Assembly: GCA_964234715.1 (NCBI GenBank)
Contig: OZ174287.1
Reading direction: 5' to 3' (one strand)
Length of the DNA: 64,000 nt
Source of the DNA: Podarcis melisellensis
Taxonomy: Eukaryota
The notes under the pieces were generated by a model. The model saw nothing but the letters and a program-made list of their open reading frames with translations, did not search any database and had not been told where the DNA came from. Of this stretch, positions 1 to 11,808 are shown in pieces; the first letter of the stretch is position 1, and every line of letters begins with the position of its first letter. The position numbers and the translations under genes were made by a program.

Positions 1-230
1 TTCCTCCATAGAAATAATGTTTGAATGAGCAGTATGGTAAACGATGGTTTTCAAACCTGCTTCAAACCATGGCTTCATATCCTGGGTTGTCACTAAATTG
101 TAACCACAGTTCCAACATGTCACACTCAACCGTAGTTTTATTTTGCTTAAGCATTGCCATGCATGTGCAGGACCAGTGAGTGACCAGGGTCCAATGTTTC
201 TTTCTCTTGACTCCTGATTCTTGCTACCAG

Positions 231-354
231 GTGGCCCCGAACGCATGGGCGACAGTGCTGGGCATCCTTTGGCTCCACATCAATGCCATGGAACAGAAGG
301 ATGAGTGGGAGTTACTGGAAGCTAAAGCTCTCAGCTGGCTCCATGCAACCACAG
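231..354 (+). CDS. VWA5A: VWA5A-like gene, penultimate coding exon (VAPNAWATVLGILWLHINAMEQKDEWELLEAKALSWLHATT)
   Basis: Polypyrimidine tract and ccag acceptor ending at 230; gtgagt donor at 355. The peptide matches the C-terminal WAT-L---WL / EWELL--KA--W motif recalled for the VWA5A family. The exact paralog cannot be determined. Confidence 0.85.
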
Positions 355-846
355 GTGAGTTGTGGGCAGCGGGATGCGGGCAGGCTTAGGATGGTGTGAA
401 GAAGAATGATGGAGAGGCTGAAGCTTGAAGATGAGACAGCACTTCTGTTCCCCAGTCCAACCAATGCTTCATTTAAACTTTTATTTGATCCCTACCTGGG
501 TCCAGCCCGATCCTCTTTCCTGTGAATTTAGCATCCACACTAAAAAGAAAAAATCTTGCCCCACCACTAGAGCTCCAGTCTGGGCAGCACAGCTTGCTAC
601 TCCCTAGCTCCTGCCATAGAGATTTTCTCCAAACAAATGCTAATGCAGAAGGCAGTGATACCATTACCACGGCACACACTCTTCATCTCCAACTCGGAGG
701 TGGATGTCCCCATTTTTCCATCATGGGGAGGGCATAGAATGGAGAGAAATGAACAGGCCTGTTTGAAAGCTACTTGTGCACAGGCTGCAGTGAGGTGAGT
801 GGCACTGATAGATCCTAGCTAACTCTGCTTATTTGTTTGTCTGCAG

Positions 847-926
847 GGCCTCAGCTGGCTGAGTGTGTAAAGGCCGGCAATGCAATGCTTGGAAGCGGTG
901 TGAGCCCGGACGTTTTTGAAATCTGA
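847..926 (+). CDS. VWA5A: VWA5A-like gene, terminal coding exon (GPQLAECVKAGNAMLGSGVSPDVFEI*)
   Basis: ctgcag acceptor ending at 846; the phase-1 junction continues the frame from exon 231-354; TGA at 924-926. Resembles the VWA5A C-terminus. Confidence 0.8.
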
Positions 927-1230
927 GTTTCTCTCTGCAGTTTTCTCTCTGTGCCTTTTAAAACTGAAGTTTCTGCTTCACTCTTCTTTTTCCCCGCTCC
1001 AAGTGTGCCCAGCTGTATTCCCACTAGGGTGTCATCAATCCCAAGCTGTGTGCTTGCTTCTGAAGCTGCCATAGCTTCGCTGCAAAAAGCATTGGAGTTT
1101 CCTTCCTCTGGAGCTGCCTTACATTAATGTAATGTATTAATTAATTAAAGGTCTTGTTGCCTTAAGAAGGGGAGAGGGCCAAGTACACAGCAGAGGAGAG
1201 GGCCGGATGTGTTGAGAATGAATGCTGTAT

Positions 1231-1480
1231 CCTGAAATGTTTTGTAATGTGAACATAAGGACCTGATTTACATACAGTGAGATGAAATGTTAACAGGAAG
1301 TCAGAAAGTAAAAAGGGGGTTATAGAGATGCTAAGAATTTAGTAAAGATATTCGGAAGTCAGAAAGAGGGAGGGAAGGAAGTCTGTGCTCATTTGAGCAA
1401 TGTTTAAGGGTGTTGTGGTATGTAACCAAATGTGATTATGATAAATATGGAAAACTCAATAAAAAATAATTTTAAAAAAA
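1231..1480 (+). mobile_element. 5'-truncated poly(A)-tailed non-LTR retrotransposon 3' end (L1/Tx1-type)
   Basis: AATAAA at 1458-1463 followed by an A-rich tail; 17-bp TSD gagaatgaatg(c/t)tgtat at 1214-1230 and 1481-1497. Confidence 0.75.
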
Positions 1481-1550
1481 GAGAATGAATGTTGTATAGG
1501 TAGATGCTGAAAGTCATTCATTGTGGAAGCAACAATTCTCTTCAACATGT

Positions 1551-1811
1551 GTAAAATTGAGGAGTGTTAAGATGTCAAGGGGTAAGAAGTAGAGAATTAC
1601 AGCTGTAACTAATAAGTTTAAGGAAATTTAATGAAAGGGAATTAATAGATAAACTGACTAAAGGGTTGCTAAAGAATTTTGGAATAAGGATGCAGCGAAA
1701 GGGAGGTATGGGGAAGTCGGTATATGTTTAATGTTGTGTATGTTTTTGTTTTGTGTTGTGTTTGTCTTTTATTATGTGTTTGGAAAAATGAATAAAAAAA
1801 TTAAAAAAAAA
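1551..1811 (+). mobile_element. Second 5'-truncated poly(A)-tailed non-LTR retrotransposon 3' end (L1/Tx1-type)
   Basis: AATAAA at 1791-1796 followed by poly(A); perfect 20-bp TSD aacaattctcttcaacatgt at 1531-1550 and 1812-1831. Confidence 0.8.
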
Positions 1812-2198
1812 AACAATTCTCTTCAACATGTAAGTGGGAATGTGAGAGTTCCTGGAGAGGAAATTGTGGCTGCTGCACTCCTTCTGCTGCTGCTACACTG
1901 TTCCGAGTTCTGATTTGGCTTAGTGTGTTGTCCAAGCCCAAGCTCATCGTCTCACTTCTTCAAACAAACCACGAGCTATTAAGCTGAGATCAACCTTAGA
2001 TTAACAGCTTGCTGTTGGTCTGGGGCTAGACAAAACATGGGGCCACATTTGAACAACCCACTGACCTAAACCATGGCTTAATTCACAGCAGCATGTTTGA
2101 ATGACCAAACCATTACTTAGCTAACAGCAGCAGGACAGAGCAGCAGCTGCCATCTCCCCAGAAATCCTCATGGCCAGCCATAGTTTGACTTAGTGTTA

Positions 2199-2424
2199 CA
2201 GTGGTACCTGGGGTTAAGTACTTAATTCGTTCCGGAGGTCCATTCTTAACCTGAAACTGTTCTTAACCTGAAGCACCACTTTAGCTAATGGAGCCTCCTG
2301 CTGCTGCCACGCTGCTGGAGCATGATTTCTGTTCTCATCCTGAAGCAAAGTTCTGAACCCCAGGTACTATTTCTGGGTTAGCGGGGTCTGTAACCTGAAG
2401 CATATGTAACCCGAAATACCACTG
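2199..2424 (+). mobile_element. Tc1/mariner-pogo type MITE (cagtggtacc family)
   Basis: TIRs cagtggta...taccactg with TA on both sides; body homologous to the copies at 8972, 20963 and 31991. Confidence 0.9.
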
Positions 2425-2902
2425 TACATATGAACCAGCTCAGTCAGTTTCCAAGCCCAATTAAAGTGCTGTCATTAACCTTTAAAGCCCCAAATGGATT
2501 TGGGCCAGGTTGCCTGAAGGACTGTCTTCTGTAGCTCTTATGTGCCTAGTCCTTAAGGTCGTCAGAGAACCCTTTCTCCAGGTTTCCCCACCTAATGAGG
2601 CAAGACAGATGATGGCCAGAGAGAGCCTTTTCAGTGGTGATGCCCTGATTATGAAGTGTCCTCCGAGCAATTTGCCTACCATGTGCATTATGGTCTTTTT
2701 GGCACCTATAATCTTTTATGCCAGTTTTCATATTACATTGTACTGATACAGTCTTTTGAGTTTTTGATCTTCATTTTGTAACCTTTCAATTTTAAGTTTG
2801 CAAATTGGGGAAAGGGTAATTGCCCAGTGATGCAGGCCATGTTCAATCTCTGCTGTCAACAAACAAAGCTTTCATTGAGGGAAAAGGGACTGATTGAAAG
2901 TA

Positions 2903-4135
2903 CAGTGGTGCCTCGCAAGACGAAATTAATTCGTTCCGCAAGTCTCTTCGTCTTGCGAGTTTTTCGTCTTGCGATGCACGGTTTTCCATAGGAATGCATT
3001 GAAAATCAATTAATGCGTTCCTATGGAAACCGCCTTCCCCCGACCTCTTCTGGCGGGCGGCATTTTAAAATCGCCCGGGACAGCGGAGGACTTCTCCGCT
3101 GTCCGGGGCGATTTAAAAGCCCCTGGGAAGGCAGGCAGGGGGGACAAAGGCTTTCTCGCCCCGCCGCTCGGCTTCGGGACATCGTTCTGAAGCCGGGCGG
3201 CGGGGGGAGGCTTTCCCGCCCGGCCGCCCGGCTTCGGGACATCGTTCCGATGCCGGGCGGTGGGGGGAGGCGTTCCTGCCCCACCGCCCGGCATCGGGAC
3301 GATGCCCCGAAGCCGGGCGGCTGGGGGAGGCGTTCCTGCCCCGCCGCCCGGCATCGGGACGATGCCCCGAAGCCGGGCGGCTGGGGGAGGCGTTCCTGCC
3401 CCGCCGCCCGGCATCGGGACGATGCCCCGAAGCCGGGCGGCTGGGGGAGGCGTTCCTGCCCCGCCGCCCGGCATCGGGACGATGCCCCGAAGCCGGGCGG
3501 CTGGGGGAGGCGTTCCTGCCCCGCCGCCCGGCATCGGGACGATGCCCCGAAGCCGGGCGGCGGGGGGAGGCTTTCCCGCCCGGCCGCCCGGCTTCGGGAC
3601 ATCGTTCCGATGCCGGGCGGCGGGGGGAGGCGTTCCTGCCCCACCGCCCGGCATCGGGACGATGCCCCGAAGCCGGACGGCTGGGAGAGGCGTTCCTGCC
3701 CCGCCGCCCGGCGGCGGGGGGAGGCTTCAAAAGTCGTCCGGGGGCTTTTAAATCGCCCCGGACAGTCCCGGGGCGATTTAAAAGCCCCCGGTTAGGCAGG
3801 CAGCCTTCAAAAGCCTGCCTTCAAAAGCCGTCCGGGATAGCGGGAAGCGCTTCCCTGCTATCCCGGACCGCTTTTAAAATGCTGGCGGTGGGGAGCAAAG
3901 CCTTTCGCCCCCGCTGGCCTTCCTGGACCTCTTCTGAAGTCCGGAGGGGGGGAAAAGGCTTTGCTCCCCACCGCCAGCATTTAAAAAAAGGTCCCCGAGA
4001 TTTCCCTATGGGCTTTCGTCTTGCGATGCAAGCCCATAGGGAAAATCGTCTAGCGAAGCGTCGCAAAAACCGAAAAACCCTTTCGTCTTGCGGGTTTTTC
4101 GTCTTGCGAGGCATTCGTCTTGCGGGGCACCACTG
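2903..4135 (+). mobile_element. Non-autonomous Tc1/mariner-pogo (Tigger-like) DNA transposon with an internal minisatellite
   Basis: 22-bp TIRs (cagtggtgcctcgcaagacgaa / ttcgtcttgcggggcaccactg, 1 mismatch), TA TSD at 2901-2902 and 4136-4137, repeated subterminal tcgtcttgcg motifs, no transposase ORF. Confidence 0.92.
3148..3712. repeat. 60-bp GC/CpG-rich tandem repeat (about 9.5 units) with internal inverted repeats
   Basis: Exact 60-nt period; the four units at 3301-3540 are identical (gatgccccgaagccgggcggctgggggaggcgttcctgccccgccgcccggcatcgggac). Confidence 0.97.
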
Positions 4136-4814
4136 TATCTGCAAGCAATTGACAAATCCTGTAGTGTGATTTACAGATAAGCAGATACTTTGTATCTTTC
4201 CAGCTGAGCAGAGCTGTTTTGCAGAATGGCGCTGGTTTGTAATAGATGCTGTAGCTGTAGCATGACCCTGTCTGTAAATCGAGATGGATTCAGACAGAGC
4301 AAAGTCTCGCCATCAACCTGTGATGGCATTTTGTTCTAATTTTACTCTTACCAAGGAATGGAACTGGCCTGGGTCATATTGAAAGGTATAACTTCCTCTT
4401 ATCCTTTTTGTCAAGCAAACTTTTTCTGCACAGAGACCGCTGAATTGATCAGGCTAGAAGAAATTGTATGCCAAGCAGGCAAGCATTGCTTGGACCACCA
4501 GATGGCACTCTGTGCCTGGAGAACACGGGGATCACAAGTATTTGAAGATAGAAAGATGTAGCTGTTAGAGTGTCCTGGGCATGAACAGGAATACTTTGCA
4601 TAACCAACTCTTGAGATACCAGAACCTAAGAGAAAAACAGGCCCAACCCTTTGTGCATACAGCCAGCATGCTCCAGTGCTCAGCAGGTTGAATGGGAAGT
4701 TTATGTGTTAGCTTTCCTTGCACCCCATTCCTCCCACCCTTCTCCGAGTTCCTTAAGATCTATATATTCTATATCCCCTTGTGTTCCCTCTTCTATTCCT
4801 CCACAATTAGCCTC

Positions 4815-5194
4815 TGCCGAAGAATTGATGCTTTGGAATTATGGTGCTGGAGGAGACTCTTGAGAGTCCCATGGACTGCAAGAAGATCAAACCTATCCAT
4901 TCTTAAGGAAATCAGCCCTGAGTGCTCACTGGAAGGACAGGTCGTGAAGCTGAGGCTCCAATCCTTTGGCCACCTCATGAGAAGAGAAGGCTCCCTGGAA
5001 AAGACCCTGATGTTGGGAAAGATGGAGGCACAAGAAGGGGACGACAGAGGACGAGATGGTTGGATAGTGTTCTTGAGGCTACCAGCATGAGTTTGACCAA
5101 ACTGCAGAAGGAAGTGGAAGACAGGAGTGCCTGGCGTGCTCTAGTCCATGGGGTCATGAAGAGTCGGACACGACTAAACGACTAAACAACAACA
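4815..5194 (+). mobile_element. BovB (RTE clade) LINE, 5'-truncated 3' end
   Basis: Translates to RRIDALELWCWRRLLRVPWTARRSNLSILKEISPECSLEGQ...FGHLMRR..SLEKTLMLGK, the BovB ORF C-terminus; frameshifted; ends in a cgactaaacaacaac tail. Confidence 0.92.
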
Positions 5195-6207
5195 GCAAAT
5201 CAAACAACTGTGAAGGCAACCAGAATGGGATTCCTACCCGATACTCCTACTGCAGTTGGGTGCCACATTTCACGGGCAGTTCCTCCACACAGCGGATAGG
5301 AGGCAAACTTTGCCAAAGCTCGCTTAAGCTGGTCAAAGAATTTGAGTGTGGGAGATCAAATAAAATGCCTTCCCTTAGGACAAGATAATTTCAGTAACTC
5401 GTGAGCCCACTTAATGTAGTTGTACCTTAAGGTGGTTAAATGCAGAAGGCAGGCCTCCTGCTCCTTTTATAGTGGGTAGGAGAGGGAATTTCAGCAAATG
5501 TAGTTTGTCATGCCAGCGACTCCTGCTTAAATCCCCTCTCCTACACAACTGTTATTAAGGTGTGGGAATTCTGTTCTCTGCTGTATGCAGCCAACCTACT
5601 AGGGTGGCCACTTGTCCCTCTTCAGAAAGTGAAAATGCATCAGTAATAAAAGGAATATATTTGCATAAAATTTGTACATGATGATTTATAGAGAAGGCAG
5701 ATTTATAAATAATTACTATAATTCAAATAGACATACAGATGACTGACCAGGTGGCCTCGTTTCTGCTACTCAGGAGCTAATTGATGATTGGCAACTTCAA
5801 GATCCCCACATGGTTTGTGTATCTTTACACCAGAATTGGACCAGGCACCCTTTCAAATAGAGGATGGTCCTTTGTAAAGTAGGACCACATAGCTATCCTA
5901 CATGGACCATCTGAGCTGCTCAGTGTCACAGGCAGAGTGATTTTCCTTGGCCTTATTTATGGCTCATGGCTGAAAGGCACAGTGCAAAACGGAGTTGGGC
6001 ACCCTTCAAGGGCACACACCTAGAATATTTTATTAGTGAGGATGCCTCGTGAAAATCCTAAGCTGCCCAGTGGTTTCCTCAGTTCTGCATTCTGCTGAGC
6101 TTCCTTCAGCAGTCTTCAGTCCAGCTTTAACCACAACATACATATTGTATGGTCCCCCCCCCATATATTTATATGGTGATGTTGATGACTTTGGTACCGA
6201 GAAACAC

Positions 6208-6386
6208 AGCAAGTTGTCTTGCACTGAGTCAGACCATTCGTCTGTCTAGCTCAGTACTGTAAGATCTACACTCCTGGTGGCTCTCTTGGGTTTCAGACAG
6301 GATTCTCCCAGCTCTCCCTGGAGATTGAATTTGGGACCTTCTGCAGGCAAAGCAGATGGTCTACCATTGAACTACAGCCTCTCCCC
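6208..6386 (-). mobile_element. tRNA-derived squamate SINE (Squam3-like), decayed
   Basis: Reverse-complement homology to the + strand copy at 59160-59318. Family name from recall; ends approximate. Confidence 0.65.
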
Positions 6387-8459
6387 ACCAGACTGCAGCC
6401 CAGTAGCAGATCTCAGCACATCAGTTGAAGGCTGAAGGCCTATCCAAAGCTCTTCACATGAAGTGACTGCTTTTGCTAGTTCCTAGAGAGGCCGGGGAGT
6501 TTTTTTGCAGAGGGATGTTACATGGCATGTTACAGACAATTGCTCGGAAGTCTCTGGCTCCTCTTGTCTTAAATACCAAGGCTCTATACTTTCAAGAGTT
6601 ATCTGCTCCAAATGTATTCAATAATGAGCCTCCCCAGACTTCAGCCGTCCCAGTTTTCAAGGCCTGCGCCTATTCATGTTTCCTCAGAGTCTCACCCAGT
6701 TCCATGGGACCTCTTTACAAGTGAGTGTGACCCAACTTGCAGCCTAATGATCTACTTTCTTGTCAGTTGGACCGGCTGATCCTTGTTCTGTCTGTGACCC
6801 TGAGAAACCATTGCTCTTTTTATTTGCTGTTTTCAAAAACAGGTTTTCCCTCTCCCAAAAAAGAAAAAGAAAAAAAGACAAGTTTGTCTACTTTTATAAA
6901 AGCTGTGCGTAGACCAGGCCTGCAAGTCACATGAATCTGTTTGGCTCCTGGCCAGGCCACAGTATGCAGGTGGTGAACTTTGTCTTCGGTTTGAGGGGCA
7001 ACAAGGTCAGTCATCACAGACATTGCTGGGGTCTCAACAGCACTCTGAGCCCAGCTCCCCTGTCAATAAAGTTTTTTTTATGTTTTAAAAAGAGAAGGAA
7101 AGCAGCAGAAAATCTAGGGCCCAGCTCAGAATACCTCTTGCTTGCCCTCCCCCAATCTGCTTCACAATGCCCCTGTCACTTTAATGGACTTTCTATCTCT
7201 ATTCAGTGCTGTAGCAAACATACCCTCTTCATGACAGTCGTCTTTTTGTTGACTCTTTTTTTTCAAAGGCTGTGCTAAGAATGATCGGTGAGGGGAAATG
7301 TCCTACATTTCGTTTAATTGAGCTTTAATATGCAGCATGCGCTTTCTAGCTTAGTTTTCCTTGGCACATGATTTAGTCGTTCTTGGCATGCAAAGCTACA
7401 CAACCTGCTTTTCAGATTCTTGAAAACTGCCGTCCTATCCCTGCTTCGTTTTCTTTTCTCTTTAAGCTAAATATGCCTGGTTCCTTTTAACCACTTTGTG
7501 TGTGCGTCAAACCCTGCACCATCCTTACCAGGGGTGCTTCCGGATAGGAATTTATTGTGGAATCAGTGCTGCTCATGCACAAATGTTTTTCACAGCAACC
7601 ACACAATGTCATCATCAAATTTCTAGCATTCACTTTGTTTGCATTTAATCTTTGTTTCCCTTTAATGCAGAAAATCCAAAAATAAGCTGTTATACATCCA
7701 AAGATATCACTGGCGTAGGAGCTCATTAACACATATCTGGGGAGGGGCAGTTTGTCTCTCAAACCCTTACTTCTGTTTGCTCCTTGGTTTGATTCTGAGC
7801 GCAAGACACTTTATTTCCAGTGGCCCAAATGGTATACATGTATCAATCTACATTGACTGCAGCATGTTGAAGCCACATCCAAATTTCAACAACTCGGATT
7901 ATAGAAACTGTTACCTCAAGCACATGTTAGGGATTACCTCAGAGACTGATTGTACGAACACAAGATCAGTTTTTTTTAAAAAAAAAATTAATACAGATGT
8001 CTTATGCAAGACATCTCTTGCACAAGTCTTGTATAATTCATGTAAATATAGCACTTGTGCAAACCTCAGAATTTTTTTTACAAAAAGGAAATGGATATTG
8101 TTCTCCTCAAAAACCACCAGCCTCCTTCTTGCCCACTGTGAACTTTGATAACTAAGGTAGGTAACATCTGCTTTTGTACACTTCCTGTGATATCTATATA
8201 TAGATGAAGATATATATAGTGTGTGTAAGCATAGGTACATAAATACATGTGAACATGTTCAGCATGGGAAAAAGTAGCAGAGGGCAGGAAATGAGTGAAT
8301 GAGAAGGACAAATGATACCACCCAGGTAACATTCTGTCATGGTTTGGCCACTGGTGTGGATGACAAGCAATGGAATAGCAATGAATATCCACGACTGTGG
8401 GGGGACGGGGGGACGACATCAAGTGTTTGTGGAAACTAAGGTTACTTCCAGACCTGTTG

Positions 8460-8557
8460 AATGAGCATTCATCCTGAATTGTTTGTAGACGGATTAGACA
8501 ATGTTAGCTATTTAATGAGCACTCATCCTGATTTGTTTGAGGATAGATTAGACAATG
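8460..8557. repeat. Diverged tandem duplication, 54-bp period
   Basis: aatgagca(t/c)tcatcctga(a/t)ttgtttg...gattagacaatg occurs at 8460-8503 and 8514-8557. Confidence 0.85.
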
Positions 8558-8971
8558 CGGCAAGCAAGCGTGTTATCCCACACTTTCCAGTGCCTTTTTC
8601 CTGTCACTCTTCTCATTTCCCAATCTTTCAGGCAAGCAGGTTTCTTTCGCAAGAATTCCAGCTTTAACTGCCAGCCTGAGTTTGCTGGTCTGTGACTGAA
8701 TCCCACCCCAAAATGCTGGCAGTCCGCAAGTGCTCTAACATACCAAGTGTGCACCCAGAAAAAAATAAATTATTAGGATCTTAGCTCTCGTAATATAAGG
8801 CTCTTGTTTGGAAACACTCTAGATCTTCACGTTGTCTGTGTCGTCCTTTACGGCAATCAAACTTAGCATCATATTCCAGTTTGTTCCAGTTAAGGCCTTG
8901 ACAATGCAGAGTAGTCCATCCTGAAAGTTGCCACCCAGTCACATTTTGACCAGCCAAACAGCTTTTAAATA

Positions 8972-9197
8972 CAGTGGTACCTCGGGTTACATACACTTCA
9001 GGTTACAGACTCCGCTAACCCAGAAATAGTACCTCGGGTTAAGAACTTTGCTTCAGGATGAGAACAGAAATCGTGCTCCAGCGGCGCGGCGGCAGCAGGA
9101 AGCCACATTAGCTAAAGTGGTGCTTCAGGTTAAGAACAATTTCAGGTTAAGAATGGACCTCCGGAACAAATTAAGTACTTAACCCGAGGTACCACTG
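8972..9197 (-). mobile_element. Tc1/mariner-pogo MITE, inverted relative to the 2199 copy
   Basis: Perfect TIRs cagtggtacctcgggtta...taacccgaggtaccactg, TA flanks. Confidence 0.93.
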
Positions 9198-9549
9198 TAC
9201 ACCAAGCCTTTTACATCCAATATGGCTGCTTGGCTTATCACATTAGTCACGTGGGAATTACCATTAGGCAACTGGGCCAGAAAGTTTGTGTCAGTTGGAA
9301 GGGGGACGGGGTCTTGTTTTGCTGTTTTCCCCTTTGAAAACATCAGTCCCACAAATAAATATAGATTTACTTATTCCATTTCTAGCCAGGCTTTCCTCCA
9401 AGGAGCATGTAGAGTTCTTACCCACACCCACAATTTTATCTACAGAGCGACCCCGTGAGATAGATTACAATGAGAGATAGTGCTTTTTGGCTTAAGGTCC
9501 CCCAGTGAACTTTGTAGTTGAGTGAGGATTTGAACCTGCGGGTCATAGG

Positions 9550-9705
9550 AACACAGGAAGCTGAACCAGACTGTTGCTCCATCTAGCTCTGACTGAGAGC
9601 AGCTCTCCAGGGTTGCAGGCATAGGTCTCTGCCTGCTGGGCCTGGAGATGTTGGGGATTGGACCTGGGGCAGATGCTCTAGCACTGAGCCACAGTCCATC
9701 ACTCA
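9550..9705 (-). mobile_element. tRNA-derived SINE (Squam3-like), decayed
   Basis: Shares ccatctagctc...ctctccagg...ggagatg..ggggattg..cctggg...cactgagc with the other copies; ends approximate. Confidence 0.55.
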
Positions 9706-10093
9706 AACCACCACACCTCCTTGGCTCTTGTTTTTTGTGTAGATATACTGAGGTGTAGCAGGTAGGGACCTGCTGAAGAATAGTCTCCTTTGAAACTTTT
9801 TTCTTTGGACGGTTAATTTACACAGTACACATAAACTTGGCTTCGACACATTGAGATTATCATCACATGCCTGGGCTCCTTGCCAATGCCAGTAAAATAC
9901 AGCAGTAGAAAAGGCATGATTACAGGCACGCAGTCGAGTTGTTTAGGGAAGTATGCAAACAGTTACCAAAGGCTTATGTTTTCTTTCTGGCCTGGCCACC
10001 TATTAGTGTTACCTTGCCTTCGTCCTTTAGTTGCCCAGCCTTCACAGCCACTGGCCAAGAGTAAGAGCCTCAGCCCGGCATGAATGCAGTGGA

Positions 10094-10256
10094 GGAAGCT
10101 GCCTTATCTGAAGTCAGACTGCCACTCTGTCTAGCTGTTGACACTTGACTGGCAGCAGCTTCCCAGGCTCCAGATCTACCTGAGAAGCCAGGGGTTGAAT
10201 CTGGGACCTTTCACATGCAGAGCACGTATTCCACCACTGGGCTATGGCACTTCCCC
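10094..10256 (-). mobile_element. tRNA-derived SINE (Squam3-like)
   Basis: ggaagctgccttat...gtcagac...tgactggcagcagct...gggttgaatctgggacctt...ccactgggctatggc, the reverse complement of the family head and tail. Confidence 0.7.
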
Positions 10257-10700
10257 AAAAGCTGGTGGTGAGGTCGTCTTCAGCAGAATTAGGATGGCAG
10301 ACACAGAATACCAGTGGGGCAGGACTGCTGTGGTGCCAGAGCATCCCCGCTTCTTGATGCCCACCAGAAATCAAGGCCTTGCAACTGCACTAATAGGAAC
10401 GGAGTTGCCATTTAAGAATTCAGTTCATGCATCCGATGAAGTAGGCTTGAATCTCCTAAAGCTTATACCATAACAGACTTGCTAGTTTTTAAGGTACTGC
10501 GAGAGAAGTGAGCTTAATTTCTGAGCCATTTCAGTTGTATCCCATATCCTGCACCCAGCGTTGTTGACAGTAACCTGTCCCTTTCGCAACAGTGACATGT
10601 TGCTGCCTTATACCACTAATTCATTGTTATTAGCATTACCTGAAGATCCCATTGGCTGGGTCTTTAGACCTGTGGCCCTCCTGATTTTGTTAGTCTACAG

Positions 10701-10836
10701 CAGACATAGGCAAACTCGGCCCTCCAGATGTTTTGGGACTACAACTCCCACCATCCCTAGCTAACAGGACCAGTGGTCAGGGATGGTGGGAATTGTGGTC
10801 TGAAAACATCTGGAGGGCCGAGTTTGCCTATGCTTT
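10701..10836. mobile_element. Palindromic hAT-type MITE nested in an older related MITE (about 10666-10925)
   Basis: Long inverted arms cataggcaaactcggccctccagatgtttt / aaaacatctggagggccgagtttgcctatg; 8-bp TSD gtctacag / gactacag. Confidence 0.85.
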
Positions 10837-11741
10837 GACTACAGCTCCCATCAGCACCTGCCAGCACTGCCAGTGGCCAGGGGTGATGGGGATAGTAGTC
10901 AAACGACATCTGGAGGACACAGGTTCTAGACAGTTTCATTTTGGCTTTGAAAAATATGTCCACTTATTGCAGTGTACTTCACTTTTAACTTCCATAAATT
11001 TCCCTTTATGATTTACTGCCCAAAGCTCTGGTTTAAGTGAGGTTGGTTTGAATTCTAATCCTGTCTTCTAAATGTTTACAGTTTTATGTCACATTCAATT
11101 GGGCGAGTAAATCCCTCCCAGTCTTTCAGAAGCTCATTATCAGTGGATATGTTGAAGGTCATTGAACTCAGGACCAGGTAACTCCTCCCAACCAGACGCT
11201 GATTCATTACCTGTTTGGGTGTGGCTTTCCAACCAGCTGAGGTGCATTATAACACCTTCCAAACCGTGTTCCTTTAGTTGACGCTTAAGTACATCAAGTG
11301 GAACCATGTAAACAGCTTGCTTTTCTCAAGATCTATTACATTATCCTTGCCCACACAGTTGTAGCAGACAGAAACTAGATTGGCTTTGCATAGTTGTTGT
11401 TTTTTGTCATATGAAGTGCATTTCCTGATGAAGATTTCTATGCATTTACCAGCTGCACGGTGGTGAGGAATTCAAGAAGTGCTGTTTTCCTAAGAAAAAC
11501 CTGAATCTGTTGAACTTCTCAGTGCCAGGCAGGTATTAAAACCACCAAAAGGAAAAGAGGCAGTAACCCCCTTGCCAAAAGCAAATTAATGCTCAAGACT
11601 AGGGCAAGGATTTTCTCTCATTGTCTCTCCTGACATGCTTAATTGCTAGGAAGAGGAGCCTGTACTTGCTTTCTCTCTTGCTCTGGTTTTCTCATGCCCT
11701 ACAATTCTTAAATGAGCAATGTTGGGCAACTGGATTTTTTC

Positions 11742-11808
11742 ATTGCTGGGGGTTGGACTAGATGACCCTTGTGGTCTTCCAACTCTGCAATTCTGTGATT
11801 CTATGATT
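11742..11808 (+). mobile_element. CR1 LINE extreme 3' end
   Basis: gggttggactagatgaccctt...ttccaactc followed by attctgtgattctatga, the (ATTCTRTG)n CR1 tail. Confidence 0.8.

Noticed and set aside
3148-3712. CRISPR-like array of regular palindromic repeats
   Set aside because: No unique spacers, no cas genes, and the DNA is vertebrate; it is a minisatellite.
3010-3795. Overlapping 160-260 aa ORFs on both strands
   Set aside because: They result from a stop-free GC-rich 60-bp tandem repeat inside a non-autonomous transposon; there are no transposase motifs.
7777-8148. Cys-containing ORF considered as an RNase A family relic, because RNASE genes neighbour mammalian NDRG2
   Set aside because: TTG start, no CKxxNTF signature or catalytic His motifs, and it crosses a T/A homopolymer tract; a profile-HMM search would be needed to revive it.
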